A stretch of 12,740 nucleotides of DNA from Pedosphaera sp. (GTDB taxonomy: Bacteria > Verrucomicrobiota > Verrucomicrobiia > Limisphaerales > SIBH01): the NCBI GenBank assembly GCA_031414955.1, contig JANOQV010000008.1:1-12740 (forward strand), read 5' to 3'. How positions within the stretch are numbered: the first letter of the stretch is position 1; each line of letters begins with the position of its first letter. This document shows, piece after piece, positions 1 through 8,500 of this stretch. The notes under the pieces are model-generated. The model had not been told where the DNA came from and did not search any database. It was given only the letters and a program-made list of their open reading frames with translations. A program made the translations under genes and the position numbers.

Positions 1-158
1 TTGTTGGAGCTGTTGTTTCAACTGCGGTGGGAACTTCCGTTCCCAACCTTGGGGCTCGGCACCGCCCACGCGGCGCAATCCACGTTCCCGGAGAGCAGGC
101 ACCACTTTCACTTTCATCGCCAGCCATACTGTCTAGGCGGCACTACGCACTCGACGAT

Positions 159-452
159 ATGACCACACGACACTTCGCCACAGTCAGCATCCGAGTTCTC
201 GGAGTCGCTGCCCTCGTGGTCGGCGTCGTCTTCGCGGGCAGTAGCGGCATCATGCGCGCATTGGGTGCAACGTCGCTCACGAGCACTTCGACTTCAGACC
301 TTCTCTTGCACGACACCTACTACGTCATCTCTCACGTTGAGGATGCGTGGTTAGCACCGGGAGCAGTCAGTGCCGTCACCGGCATTCTGCTGCTCGTCAC
401 CAGTCGGCGCTTGGGCGCGTTATTGGCGCGTGGGACGGAGACGGAGAGTTGA
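159..452 (+). CDS. Small (97 aa) two-helix membrane protein of unknown function
   Basis: ATG at 159 in ORF 27..452. Two hydrophobic segments (VLGVAALVVGVVFAG; LAPGAVSAVTGILLLV) flank a loop containing LHDTYYVISH. The upstream extension from 27 looks non-coding. Confidence 0.55.
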   Translation: MTTRHFATVSIRVLGVAALVVGVVFAGSSGIMRALGATSLTSTSTSDLLLHDTYYVISHVEDAWLAPGAVSAVTGILLLVTSRRLGALLARGTETES

Positions 453-526
453 GTATGAGAGCCGCGCCGCCTAAATCACCAAAGGATGGGAAAGGACCGG
501 AGCGCGGCGGGGAGGTTCACCAATTT

Positions 527-1660
527 ATGAAAAAGCGCATTCTCATTCTCGGGGCCGGATTCGGCGGGCTGGAACTCAGCACGATGCTCTCGGAGGCGTT
601 GGGCGACGCCATTGAAGTGACGCTGGTGGACAAGAACGACTCGTTCTATTTCGGCTTCTCGAAGCTCGACGTGATGTTCGGGCGCACCACGCGCGACGCC
701 GTGCTGCTGCCCTATAAGAAATTCCTCAAGCCGGGCGTGCGTTTCCTTCAGGAGACGATCACATGCGTTGATCCCGTCGCCAAACGCGTGACGACCGATC
801 GCGGAACTCACGAGGCTGATTTCGTGGTGATCGCACTCGGCGCTGACTACGACTTGGCGGCGACGCCGGGCCTGGCGGAGGCCACCGAGTTCTACACTTT
901 GGCCGGGGCGACGCGGCTGGGTGAAATGCTCAAGACGTTCACCCAGGGTCACGTTCTCATCGCGGTCGGCGGTGCGCCTTTCAAATGCCCGCCGGCCCCC
1001 AGCGAAGCGGCGCTGATGATGCACGACTATCTCACGACCCGCGGGATTCGGAGCGCGTGCGAGATCACGCTCATCCTCCCACTCGAAACCCCGGTGCCGC
1101 CGTCACCCGAAACCTCGCGGGCGCTGCTCGCCGCGTTCGCGGAGCGGAACATCACCTTTGTCGCCGACCGCGAAATGAGGTTGGTGGACAATCAGCGCCG
1201 GGTGGTGACCTTCGACGACGGCCGCGAGTTTTTCTACGACCTCCTCCTCGGCGTCCCCGCGATTCGCGCCCCGAAAATGCTCGAGGCCAGCGGCATGACG
1301 GAGAACGGATATGTGACGGTCAAACCCAAGACCCTCGAAACGCGCTTTCCCGACGTTTACGCCATCGGCGATTGCGCGAAACAGGGCACACCGAAGGCCG
1401 GCGTTTTCGCCGAGGGCGCCGCGCGCGCCGTCGCCAAGGCGTTGATTGCGCGCCTGCGCAACGAGCAGGTTCCGGTGACGCACCAAGGGACAGGCTCGTG
1501 CTACATCGAGTTCGGCGCCGGGCGGATCGGCCGCGTCGATGTGGACTTTTTCTCCAATCCCGATGGTCCGACGGGCACCTATTACGAGCCGTCCGTCGCC
1601 CTGCGAGCCGACAAGGAGCATTTTGGTTCGAGCCGTCGCGCCCGCTGGTTTGGAATGTAG
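527..1660 (+). CDS. NAD(P)/FAD-dependent oxidoreductase, sulfide:quinone oxidoreductase-like (377 aa)
   Basis: GGAGG at 511-515 before ATG 527. N-terminal dinucleotide-binding motif ILILGAGFGG, second FAD motif VYAIGD, and SQR-family motifs FKCPPAP, PKAGVFAE and GSCYIEFG with two conserved cysteines. Confidence 0.8.
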   Translation: MKKRILILGAGFGGLELSTMLSEALGDAIEVTLVDKNDSFYFGFSKLDVMFGRTTRDAVLLPYKKFLKPGVRFLQETITCVDPVAKRVTTDRGTHEADFVVIALGADYDLAATPGLAEATEFYTLAGATRLGEMLKTFTQGHVLIAVGGAPFKCPPAPSEAALMMHDYLTTRGIRSACEITLILPLETPVPPSPETSRALLAAFAERNITFVADREMRLVDNQRRVVTFDDGREFFYDLLLGVPAIRAPKMLEASGMTENGYVTVKPKTLETRFPDVYAIGDCAKQGTPKAGVFAEGAARAVAKALIARLRNEQVPVTHQGTGSCYIEFGAGRIGRVDVDFFSNPDGPTGTYYEPSVALRADKEHFGSSRRARWFGM

Positions 1661-1740
1661 TCATTTTGGCGGCGAGATCGGCGACTTTGTGCTTTTCACG
1701 GGCGGGACTTTGGCAATGATGCGCGCCTGATTTTTCAACT

Positions 1741-2988
1741 ATGAAAATTGTTCTCGCATACTCCGGCGGCCTCGACACCTCGGTGCTGCTCTCCTGGATC
1801 AAAGACACCTACGGCAACGCCGAGATGATCTGCTTCTGCGCCAACATCGGCCAGGAAGACGAGCTGAAGGGTCTCAACGCCAAGGCCAAGAAGACCGGCG
1901 CGTCGAAGATCTACATCGACGACCTGCAAGAGGAGTTCGCCCGCGACTTCATCTATCCGATGCTCCGCGCGGGCGCGATTTACGAGGGGCAATACTTCCT
2001 CGGCACGAGCATCGCCCGCCCGCTCATCGCCAAGCGCATGGTCGAGATTGCCAAGGCTGAGAAGGCCGACGCCATCGCCCACGGCGCCACCGGCAAGGGC
2101 AATGATCAGGTGCGCTTCGAACTGACCGCCGCCGCGCTCGCGCCCGAATTGCAGATCATCGCCCCGTGGCGGGACGAGCGGTATCGCAAGGATTTCCCCG
2201 GACGTCAGGCGATGATTGATTACTGCGCGGCCAAGGGCATTCCCGTCCAGGCCAGCGCCAAGAAGCCTTACTCGATGGACCGCAACCTTCTGCACATCTC
2301 CTACGAGGCCGGCATTCTCGAAGACCCGTGGTATGACAGCTTCGACCCGAAGAAGAACCGCGATTATTTCACCACGCTCTCCGTGCTGCCCGAGGATGCA
2401 CCGGACAAAGCGGAGTTCGTCGAACTCGATTTCGTGAAGGGCGATTGCGTGGCGGTGAACGGGAAGAAGCTGACGCCGCTCCAAGTCATGAAGTTCCTCA
2501 ACAAGCTCGGCGGCAAGCACGGCGTCGGCCGCGTGGACATGGTCGAGAACCGTTTCGTCGGCATGAAGAGCCGCGGCGTTTATGAAACTCCCGGCGGCAG
2601 CATCCTGCACTACGCGCATCGCCAGATGGAGAGCCTGACGATGGACCGTGAAGTCATGCATCAGCGCGATGCGTTGATCCCGAAGTATGCCGAATTGGTT
2701 TACAACGGCTTCTGGTATGCGCCCGAGCGCCTCGCCCTCCAGGCTTACGTCGAGGAAAGCCAGAAGAACGTCACCGGCACCGTGCGTGTGAAGCTCTACA
2801 AAGGCGGCCTCTACGTCGCCGGCCGCAAGTCGAAGTTCAGCATGTACAACCCGCACATCGCCACCATGGAGGCCGATCCGACCAAGGCCTACAACCAGGA
2901 CGACGCCACGGGCTTCATCCGCCTGAACGGCCTGCGCCTGCGCGTGAACTCGACGGTGAACGGGGCGAAGAATCTGAAGGCGCTCTGA
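1741..2988 (+). CDS. argG: Argininosuccinate synthase
   Basis: Signature motifs [43 protein letters not shown] and [18 protein letters not shown]; 415 aa. Confidence 0.98.
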   Translation: MKIVLAYSGGLDTSVLLSWIKDTYGNAEMICFCANIGQEDELKGLNAKAKKTGASKIYIDDLQEEFARDFIYPMLRAGAIYEGQYFLGTSIARPLIAKRMVEIAKAEKADAIAHGATGKGNDQVRFELTAAALAPELQIIAPWRDERYRKDFPGRQAMIDYCAAKGIPVQASAKKPYSMDRNLLHISYEAGILEDPWYDSFDPKKNRDYFTTLSVLPEDAPDKAEFVELDFVKGDCVAVNGKKLTPLQVMKFLNKLGGKHGVGRVDMVENRFVGMKSRGVYETPGGSILHYAHRQMESLTMDREVMHQRDALIPKYAELVYNGFWYAPERLALQAYVEESQKNVTGTVRVKLYKGGLYVAGRKSKFSMYNPHIATMEADPTKAYNQDDATGFIRLNGLRLRVNSTVNGAKNLKAL

Positions 2989-3130
2989 TCCTGAGCAACA
3001 CCGCACACGGGCGAGTCGCCCTGCGGGATGGAGCGATCCAGGCGTGTGCGGCCCAGGCGGGAGGGCCGGGAGCAGACGCGGGTGACAATTAGCTTTTTCG
3101 CCCCGCGTTTCTGCGCCATCCTGCCTGCTG

Positions 3131-3634
3131 ATGAAGGGCAAGAGACGAGAGGCGCGCGAACACGCCGTTCAGTTCCTGTTCCAGCACGACTTGAATCCGC
3201 CGGAGGATTTGGACGTGGCGCTGGGGCATTTTTGGAATTCGCAGCGCCTGGCCGCGCTGGTCGATGATTCGAAACCAACCTACGGCCAGGTTCCCGAGCT
3301 GCCGCCGCCCAGCGTGGAAGACGCCGCGCTGCGCCTCTTCGCCGATCCGCTCATCCGCGGCACGCTCCAGCATCGCGACGAATGCGACGCCGTCATCGTC
3401 AAGCACGCCAAGAACTGGGATCTGCGCCGCATCGCCACCGTGGACCGCAACATCATGCGCCTGGCCATCTATGAAATGCTGCACCGCGAAGACATTCCCC
3501 CCATCGTGAGCATCAACGAGGCGGTGGACATCGCGAAAAAGTTTTCCACCGAAGACAGCGGCAAATTCGTCAACGGCATCCTCGACAAGGTGAAGGGCGA
3601 CCTGATGCGCCCGGCGCGGGGGGACGTGAAGTGA
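3131..3634 (+). CDS. nusB: Transcription antitermination factor NusB
   Basis: N-terminal RREARE..VQFLFQ, WDLRRIATVDRNIMRLAIYEM and VSINEAVDIAKKFSTEDSGKFVNGILD. Confidence 0.96.
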   Translation: MKGKRREAREHAVQFLFQHDLNPPEDLDVALGHFWNSQRLAALVDDSKPTYGQVPELPPPSVEDAALRLFADPLIRGTLQHRDECDAVIVKHAKNWDLRRIATVDRNIMRLAIYEMLHREDIPPIVSINEAVDIAKKFSTEDSGKFVNGILDKVKGDLMRPARGDVK

Positions 3635-3665
3635 GTCCAAGGTCCAAGGTCCAAGGTCCAAGGTC
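3635..3665. repeat. Heptamer tandem repeat (GTCCAAG)x4 + GTC
   Basis: Read directly; it starts immediately after the nusB stop codon. Confidence 0.95.
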
Positions 3666-3674
3666 AGCCTGGCT

Positions 3675-3706
3675 GTTCCACGTTTCGCGTTTCGCGTTTC
3701 GCGTTT
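3675..3706. repeat. Heptamer tandem repeat GTTCCAC + (GTTTCGC)x3 + GTTT
   Basis: Read directly; it ends 5 nt before the PHP gene start. Confidence 0.92.
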
Positions 3707-3711
3707 GATTC

Positions 3712-4566
3712 ATGTTCGCCGACCTGCATCTCCACACGAACTTTTCCGATGGCACCTTCACGCCCGAAGAACTGGCCGGGCACGGGCAGCGGCTGGGTTT
3801 CAGCGCCCTGGCCTTGAGTGACCACGACACGGTGGAAGGTTGCGGCCGCATGGCGGCGGCCTGCGCGGCGGCCAGCATCGAGTTCATCCCGGCGGCGGAA
3901 CTCACGGCGGAACTGGAGGGCCACGAGTTGCATCTGCTCGGTTACTTCCTCGACACCACGGACGCCCATCTGCTTTCCGAACTGGCGCGATTCCAGGTCG
4001 TGCGGCAGGAGCGCATCCGCGAAATGGTCGCGCGTATCCAGCAGTTGAACGTGCCGCTGCGCGAGGAAACGGTTTTCGAGGTGGCCAACTGCCGCGCGCC
4101 GGGACGTCCGCACGTCGCGCGGGCGCTGGTCAAGGCCGGCCTGTGTCGGAATCTCGACGAGGCCTTCGAGCGCTTCCTGAAGAAGGACCGCCCGGCCTGG
4201 GTGCCGAAATGCAAGATGTCGGCGACCGAGGCCATTGAGCTGATTCACGGCGCGGGCGGGCTGGCCGTGATGGCGCATCCGGGGCTGAACAATTGCGACG
4301 AATTGATCCCGGCCCTGGCCGAGTGCGGGATGGACGGCCTGGAATGTTTCCACACCAAGCACGCGCGGGCGCACTCGGAGCATTACCTGAGAATGGCCGA
4401 GCAATCGCGCCTGCTCGTGACCGGCGGATCGGATTGCCACGGCCTGAGCAAGGGGCGTCCGCTCATCGGCGGGATCAAGCTCCCCTACTGGCGCGTGGAG
4501 GAAATGAAGACCGCTGTCGCCCGCCGCCGTTCCAACTCGATCCGCAATCCGCAGTCCGCAAACTGA
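3712..4566 (+). CDS. PHP-domain metal-dependent phosphoesterase (YciV/TrpH-like)
   Basis: Motifs DLHLHTNFSDG, ALSDHDT, ELHLLGY, GRPHVARAL, AGGLAVMAHP and TGGSDCHG. Confidence 0.92.
   Translation: MFADLHLHTNFSDGTFTPEELAGHGQRLGFSALALSDHDTVEGCGRMAAACAAASIEFIPAAELTAELEGHELHLLGYFLDTTDAHLLSELARFQVVRQERIREMVARIQQLNVPLREETVFEVANCRAPGRPHVARALVKAGLCRNLDEAFERFLKKDRPAWVPKCKMSATEAIELIHGAGGLAVMAHPGLNNCDELIPALAECGMDGLECFHTKHARAHSEHYLRMAEQSRLLVTGGSDCHGLSKGRPLIGGIKLPYWRVEEMKTAVARRRSNSIRNPQSAN
4540..4561. repeat. Degenerate heptamer repeat ATCCGCA ATCCGCA GTCCGCA in the last codons of the PHP gene
   Basis: Read directly; it encodes the IRNPQSA tail. Confidence 0.75.
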
Positions 4567-4575
4567 AATCTTCCC

Positions 4576-5496
4576 ATGTTGGGCTTCTTCAAGAAAATCA
4601 AGGACGGGCTGGCCAAGACGCACGACAAGCTCACGTCGGAAATCAAACGCATCGTCACGCGCTCGCCGCGGCTGACGGCCGAGTCGATCGACGAACTGGA
4701 GGCCGCGCTGCTCGCCGCCGATCTGGGCCTGCCCATGACGCAGCAGATTCTGGCGGCGGCGAAAAAGGCTTTTGAATCCCAGGGCAAAGCGGGGTTGGAT
4801 TTTCTGGAAATCGCCGCGCGCGAAGTCCAGCAAAGCCTGGCCGCCAATGACCATGAGCTGAAGAAGTTGCCGGAGGGCGTCACCGTCGTCTCCATCGTGG
4901 GCGTGAACGGCACCGGCAAAACTACGACCAGCGCCAAGCTCGCCCATCTGATCCAGCAGCGCGGCCACACCGCCGTGCTGGGTGCCTGCGACACGTTCCG
5001 CGCGGCGGCCGTGGAGCAGATCAAGATTTGGGGCACGCGCCTGAACGTCACCGTCATTGCTGGCGCGCATGGGGCCGATCCAGCTTCGGTCGCGCACGAC
5101 GCCGTGACTGCCGCGCAGGCCCGCAACGCGGATTATCTCTTCATCGACACCGCCGGACGCCTGCACACCAAGCACAACCTGATGCAGGAGTTGCAGAAGG
5201 TTCACCGCGTCATCGACAAGAAATTTCCCGGCGCGCCGCATGAGACGTTGCTCGTGCTCGACGCCACCACGGGCATGAACGCGCTGAACCAGGCGCGGGA
5301 ATTTCACAAGGCGGTGAGGCTGACCGGCCTCGTCGTGACCAAGCTCGATGGAACGAGCAAAGGCGGCATGGTCGTGGCCATCCAGAAGGAACTGGGCATC
5401 CCGATCAAGTTCATCGGGGTGGGCGAGCAGGCGGATGACCTTCAGCCGTTTGATTCCAAGCAATTCGCCGAGGCGCTCTTCAGCCTCAAGGAGTGA
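4576..5496 (+). CDS. ftsY: Signal recognition particle receptor FtsY (short form, no acidic domain)
   Basis: GVNGTGKTTT P-loop, DTFRAAA, DTAGRLHTKHNLMQEL, TKLDGTSKGG and KFIGVGE. Confidence 0.97.
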   Translation: MLGFFKKIKDGLAKTHDKLTSEIKRIVTRSPRLTAESIDELEAALLAADLGLPMTQQILAAAKKAFESQGKAGLDFLEIAAREVQQSLAANDHELKKLPEGVTVVSIVGVNGTGKTTTSAKLAHLIQQRGHTAVLGACDTFRAAAVEQIKIWGTRLNVTVIAGAHGADPASVAHDAVTAAQARNADYLFIDTAGRLHTKHNLMQELQKVHRVIDKKFPGAPHETLLVLDATTGMNALNQAREFHKAVRLTGLVVTKLDGTSKGGMVVAIQKELGIPIKFIGVGEQADDLQPFDSKQFAEALFSLKE

Positions 5497-5504
5497 TTCT
5501 GCCC

Positions 5505-5573
5505 GGAGCGCGGACGGCCTCGTCCGCTTCCCGATCGGTGCTTGCGGGAAACCGCCGCCATAGCCCGGCGGCG
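5505..5573. terminator. Cluster of three GC-rich hairpins between convergent genes (possible bidirectional terminator or REP-like remnant)
   Basis: GCGGACG/CGTCCGC (5510-5527), TTCCCG/CGGGAA (5528-5550) and CGCCGCC/GGCGGCG (5553-5573). There is no clear U-tract. Confidence 0.4.
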
Positions 5574-5580
5574 TTCATGG

Positions 5581-8500
5581 TTATGGCACCACGGCCCTGT
5601 AAAACCGCCACGGTTGATTCGTCACCGGGCCGTCGCGGAAGCTCGTGGTTGCGTTTGTGGCCGTCAGATTTGTGAGCGTCGTCCAGGTCGTCAGGTTGGT
5701 GCTGGCTTGGAGGTCGTAGCTCCGTCCGGCCTGCCCCAGCAGATCGAAGCCAATCGCCCCGTCCGGCATGATTCGCACCGTCGTCAACAGCGGGGGACTC
5801 ACGCCGATGAAACCCACCGCCACGCGCGTGTCCGTTCCCTCCGGGCCGGTGACGGTGAGCGTGACCGTGTAACCACCTGCTTCGGCAAACACCGTCGTGG
5901 GGTTCTCCTCGGTGCTGTCAATCACGCCATCACTGTTAAAATCCCACGCCCAGTTCGTGACCCCGCCGGACGAAGTGTTTGTGAACGTCACGACCAGCGG
6001 CGGCGTGCCGCTCACCGGACTCGCGGTGAAGTTCGCCAGCGTGGGTGCGCTGTTGTCCACGACCTCCGCATACGGTCCCTCCGTGCCATCCGCCGTCACG
6101 GCCACCACGGCGTAAAACCAGTTCGTGCCCGTGCCGTCTGCCATCCACGGATGCAACGTGTCGTGGCTCAGGTTCGTCGTTGTGGCCAGCGGTTGATAAA
6201 GCGTCTCGTCATCACGCCGCGCGTAGATCCGGTAGCCCGCCACGTTGGTTCCCGGCGAAGCATCCCACGCCACGACGCTCAAGCCATTCGATGAGACGCA
6301 GCGGGGATTCGGTGGCGCGGGCGGGGCGTAGGTCAGCGTGAGCGTGTTGCTCGCCGCCGGATTGATCTGGAAGCTGAACGCAATGTCGTTCGTGCTTCCG
6401 ATCCAAGTGAGGTTCGTCACAACGATCTGGTTGGTCTGGTAAAATGCAATGTCCACCGACACCACCTCGCCAGGCATGGGCCGGAGGCTGGCCTGATACA
6501 GGCCCGCCGCCGGATCAGTCGCGGTGAACGTGGAACCGCCCGTGCCGATCTCCACCGTCGTTGCCGTCCAGTCATTGCTGAAGGAACCGGTCTTCGGCGA
6601 AACGCCCGCCCCGGCCAGCGCGGGGTTCAACAGCCACACTTGCGAACGCCCGCCCACGGAGACCAGCAACTGGCTCGTGGGTGAAACTAGATTCGACGGC
6701 GGCGACTTCCCGGCGTCGTCGGCGAGGCTGCTGATTACGCCCAAAAAGAATGCGACCTCGCGCGCAAACTCTTTCACCAAATGAGGGTGCTCGCCGGCTA
6801 GGGAAGAATCGTGGTCAAAGCGCGCCTGCACTGGATCCATAGTAGCTGAACTCGCGCGCACCGTGCCATCGCCGTCCGCCGTCAGCAGCAGGCTCACCGG
6901 TGTGCCGTGGGGGTAAAGTTGGTTCACCGTGGAACTCCTCGCCGAGGTCAGCCAGATTTGGCTGATCGTGGATCGGCTCGTGGAGTAAAAGACTTTGGAC
7001 AGCACCTTGTCCGGCATCGGGGTTGCGGAATAGCGGCCGAACGACCCCTGGTTTAACAGGTAGAGTGGGTTCGACTCTCGTTCGCGGTAGCTGGTTTCCG
7101 GCAGTTCCAACCGGAGATAAAACAGACTGCGGTCATAGACGGGCAGCAATTCCTCCAACTCCTTCATGACCGTCCGATAGAAATTCATCTTCCCTTCCTG
7201 CGTGGGGTGCGACGCATCCCACTTCTTGCCCGGATTCATCTTCTCGTAGTTGTAACGCGACGCGCCTTCGTAAAATCCCTCCGTGTCATGGCTCGTGTCC
7301 CCACCAAACCACAAGTAGTAGGCATTTGCTGAACCCTCATTGGGCGTTGCCACCATCGCCAGCTTGCCGATGTCGTTCGCGTATTCGCTGCTCTGGATGT
7401 AGGCGCGCGTCAGCAACCCTCCCGTGCTGTGCGCCACGATGTCCACCGTAGTGTGGTTTCCACACCGCTTCGCCTCGGCGATGATCGGCAGCAGATATTT
7501 GCGCCAGGCAATGTTCGCCTCGCCGACCCGGCCAATCGCGGGCATCCGCCAGTCGTACGGCGCTTCATATACTTCAAAGGAATCCTGGAGAAGCGCCTTG
7601 AGGGGCCTCCATCCCACTTCCTTAATCCTAATAGGGGAATCGTGCAGCCGCAGTTCCTCCGCTTTGGCCGGATATGTGGCTGGCAGGACTGGATATTTGA
7701 GCCACACGGCCTCGGATCGGCTCCCCATGATGCCCGGCACGAAAATCACAGCGGGCTTGTTTGGATCGCGCAGCGTCACCGTGAACGCGCTCCCGAGCCC
7801 ACTCGACAACCTGACCACGCTCGTCACGGGCGCTTCGTAATCACAGAAGCCTGCCTTGGTGACGCGCAGCATGAATGCACTGTCACTGGAAAAGCTAAAT
7901 CCGGCCTGTCCGAGCAAATCGCTGGTCTTCACCATCGGTATTCCGCTGGGTGCAGGCGTCAACGTCACGTTCGCACCACTCACAGCCGAGCCATCCTGCT
8001 TCTGCACCCGCACACTCAAAAAACCGCTGAACGGATTCCCGCTCTCGACTGAGAACCCCCCGCTCCGTCCATCCAAGATGTCGCTCGACGCCACAAGCAC
8101 CGTCTGCGCCCCGTCGGCGTCCATGCTCACCGTGCCGTTCCACACACCGTTCACCAGATTCGCGTAGCGGCGGCTGGGAGCGCCGCCTCCTTCGGCCCGC
8201 AGGCTCACCTGTCCGTTGAAGGCCGTCTGCACTGCGCCGCCGTTCTTCGCCGTGATGGTCACGGGGAAGGCCGCATTCACCGTCTGCGGCGACGGGATGG
8301 GGGAGAAAACAAAGCTGGTCACCGGCGCGGGTGCCGCCGCACTGCCCTGCTGTGTGACCGTCACCGTCTGCAAGGCGGGCGTGGCTCCCGGTGCGGAGAT
8401 GGTGATGGTGCCAGTGCGTGGACTGGTGCCGGGGTTCACGTCGCTCGACAGGATCAGACTGCTTCCATTCACCCCGGCCACCCCGCTCGCCGCCGATATG

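Noticed and set aside
347..526. N-terminal extension of the oxidoreductase ORF; likewise 9385..9468 and 9878..10048 for the minus-strand genes
   Set aside because: The extensions overlap neighbouring genes and precede the natural domain or signal-peptide starts. For the oxidoreductase a GGAGG supports ATG 527.
1661..1740. Sigma70 promoter or ARG box upstream of argG
   Set aside because: Only weak partial matches; I cannot support specific -35/-10 or operator coordinates.
3001..3051. Branched hairpin after argG (CCGCACACG/CGTGTGCGG enclosing two small stems) as a riboswitch or ncRNA
   Set aside because: It has no recognisable aptamer motif or U-tract, and short stems are expected at this GC content.
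3635..3706. CRISPR array (also considered for 9016..9261)
   Set aside because: These are 7-nt tandem units without spacers, or in-frame coding repeats. There is no repeat-spacer structure.
1735..5463. Long antisense ORFs (1735..3141 and 3664..5463) and other overlapping alternative-frame ORFs
   Set aside because: These are shadows of argG, the PHP gene and ftsY caused by high-GC codon bias, and they have no recognisable motifs.
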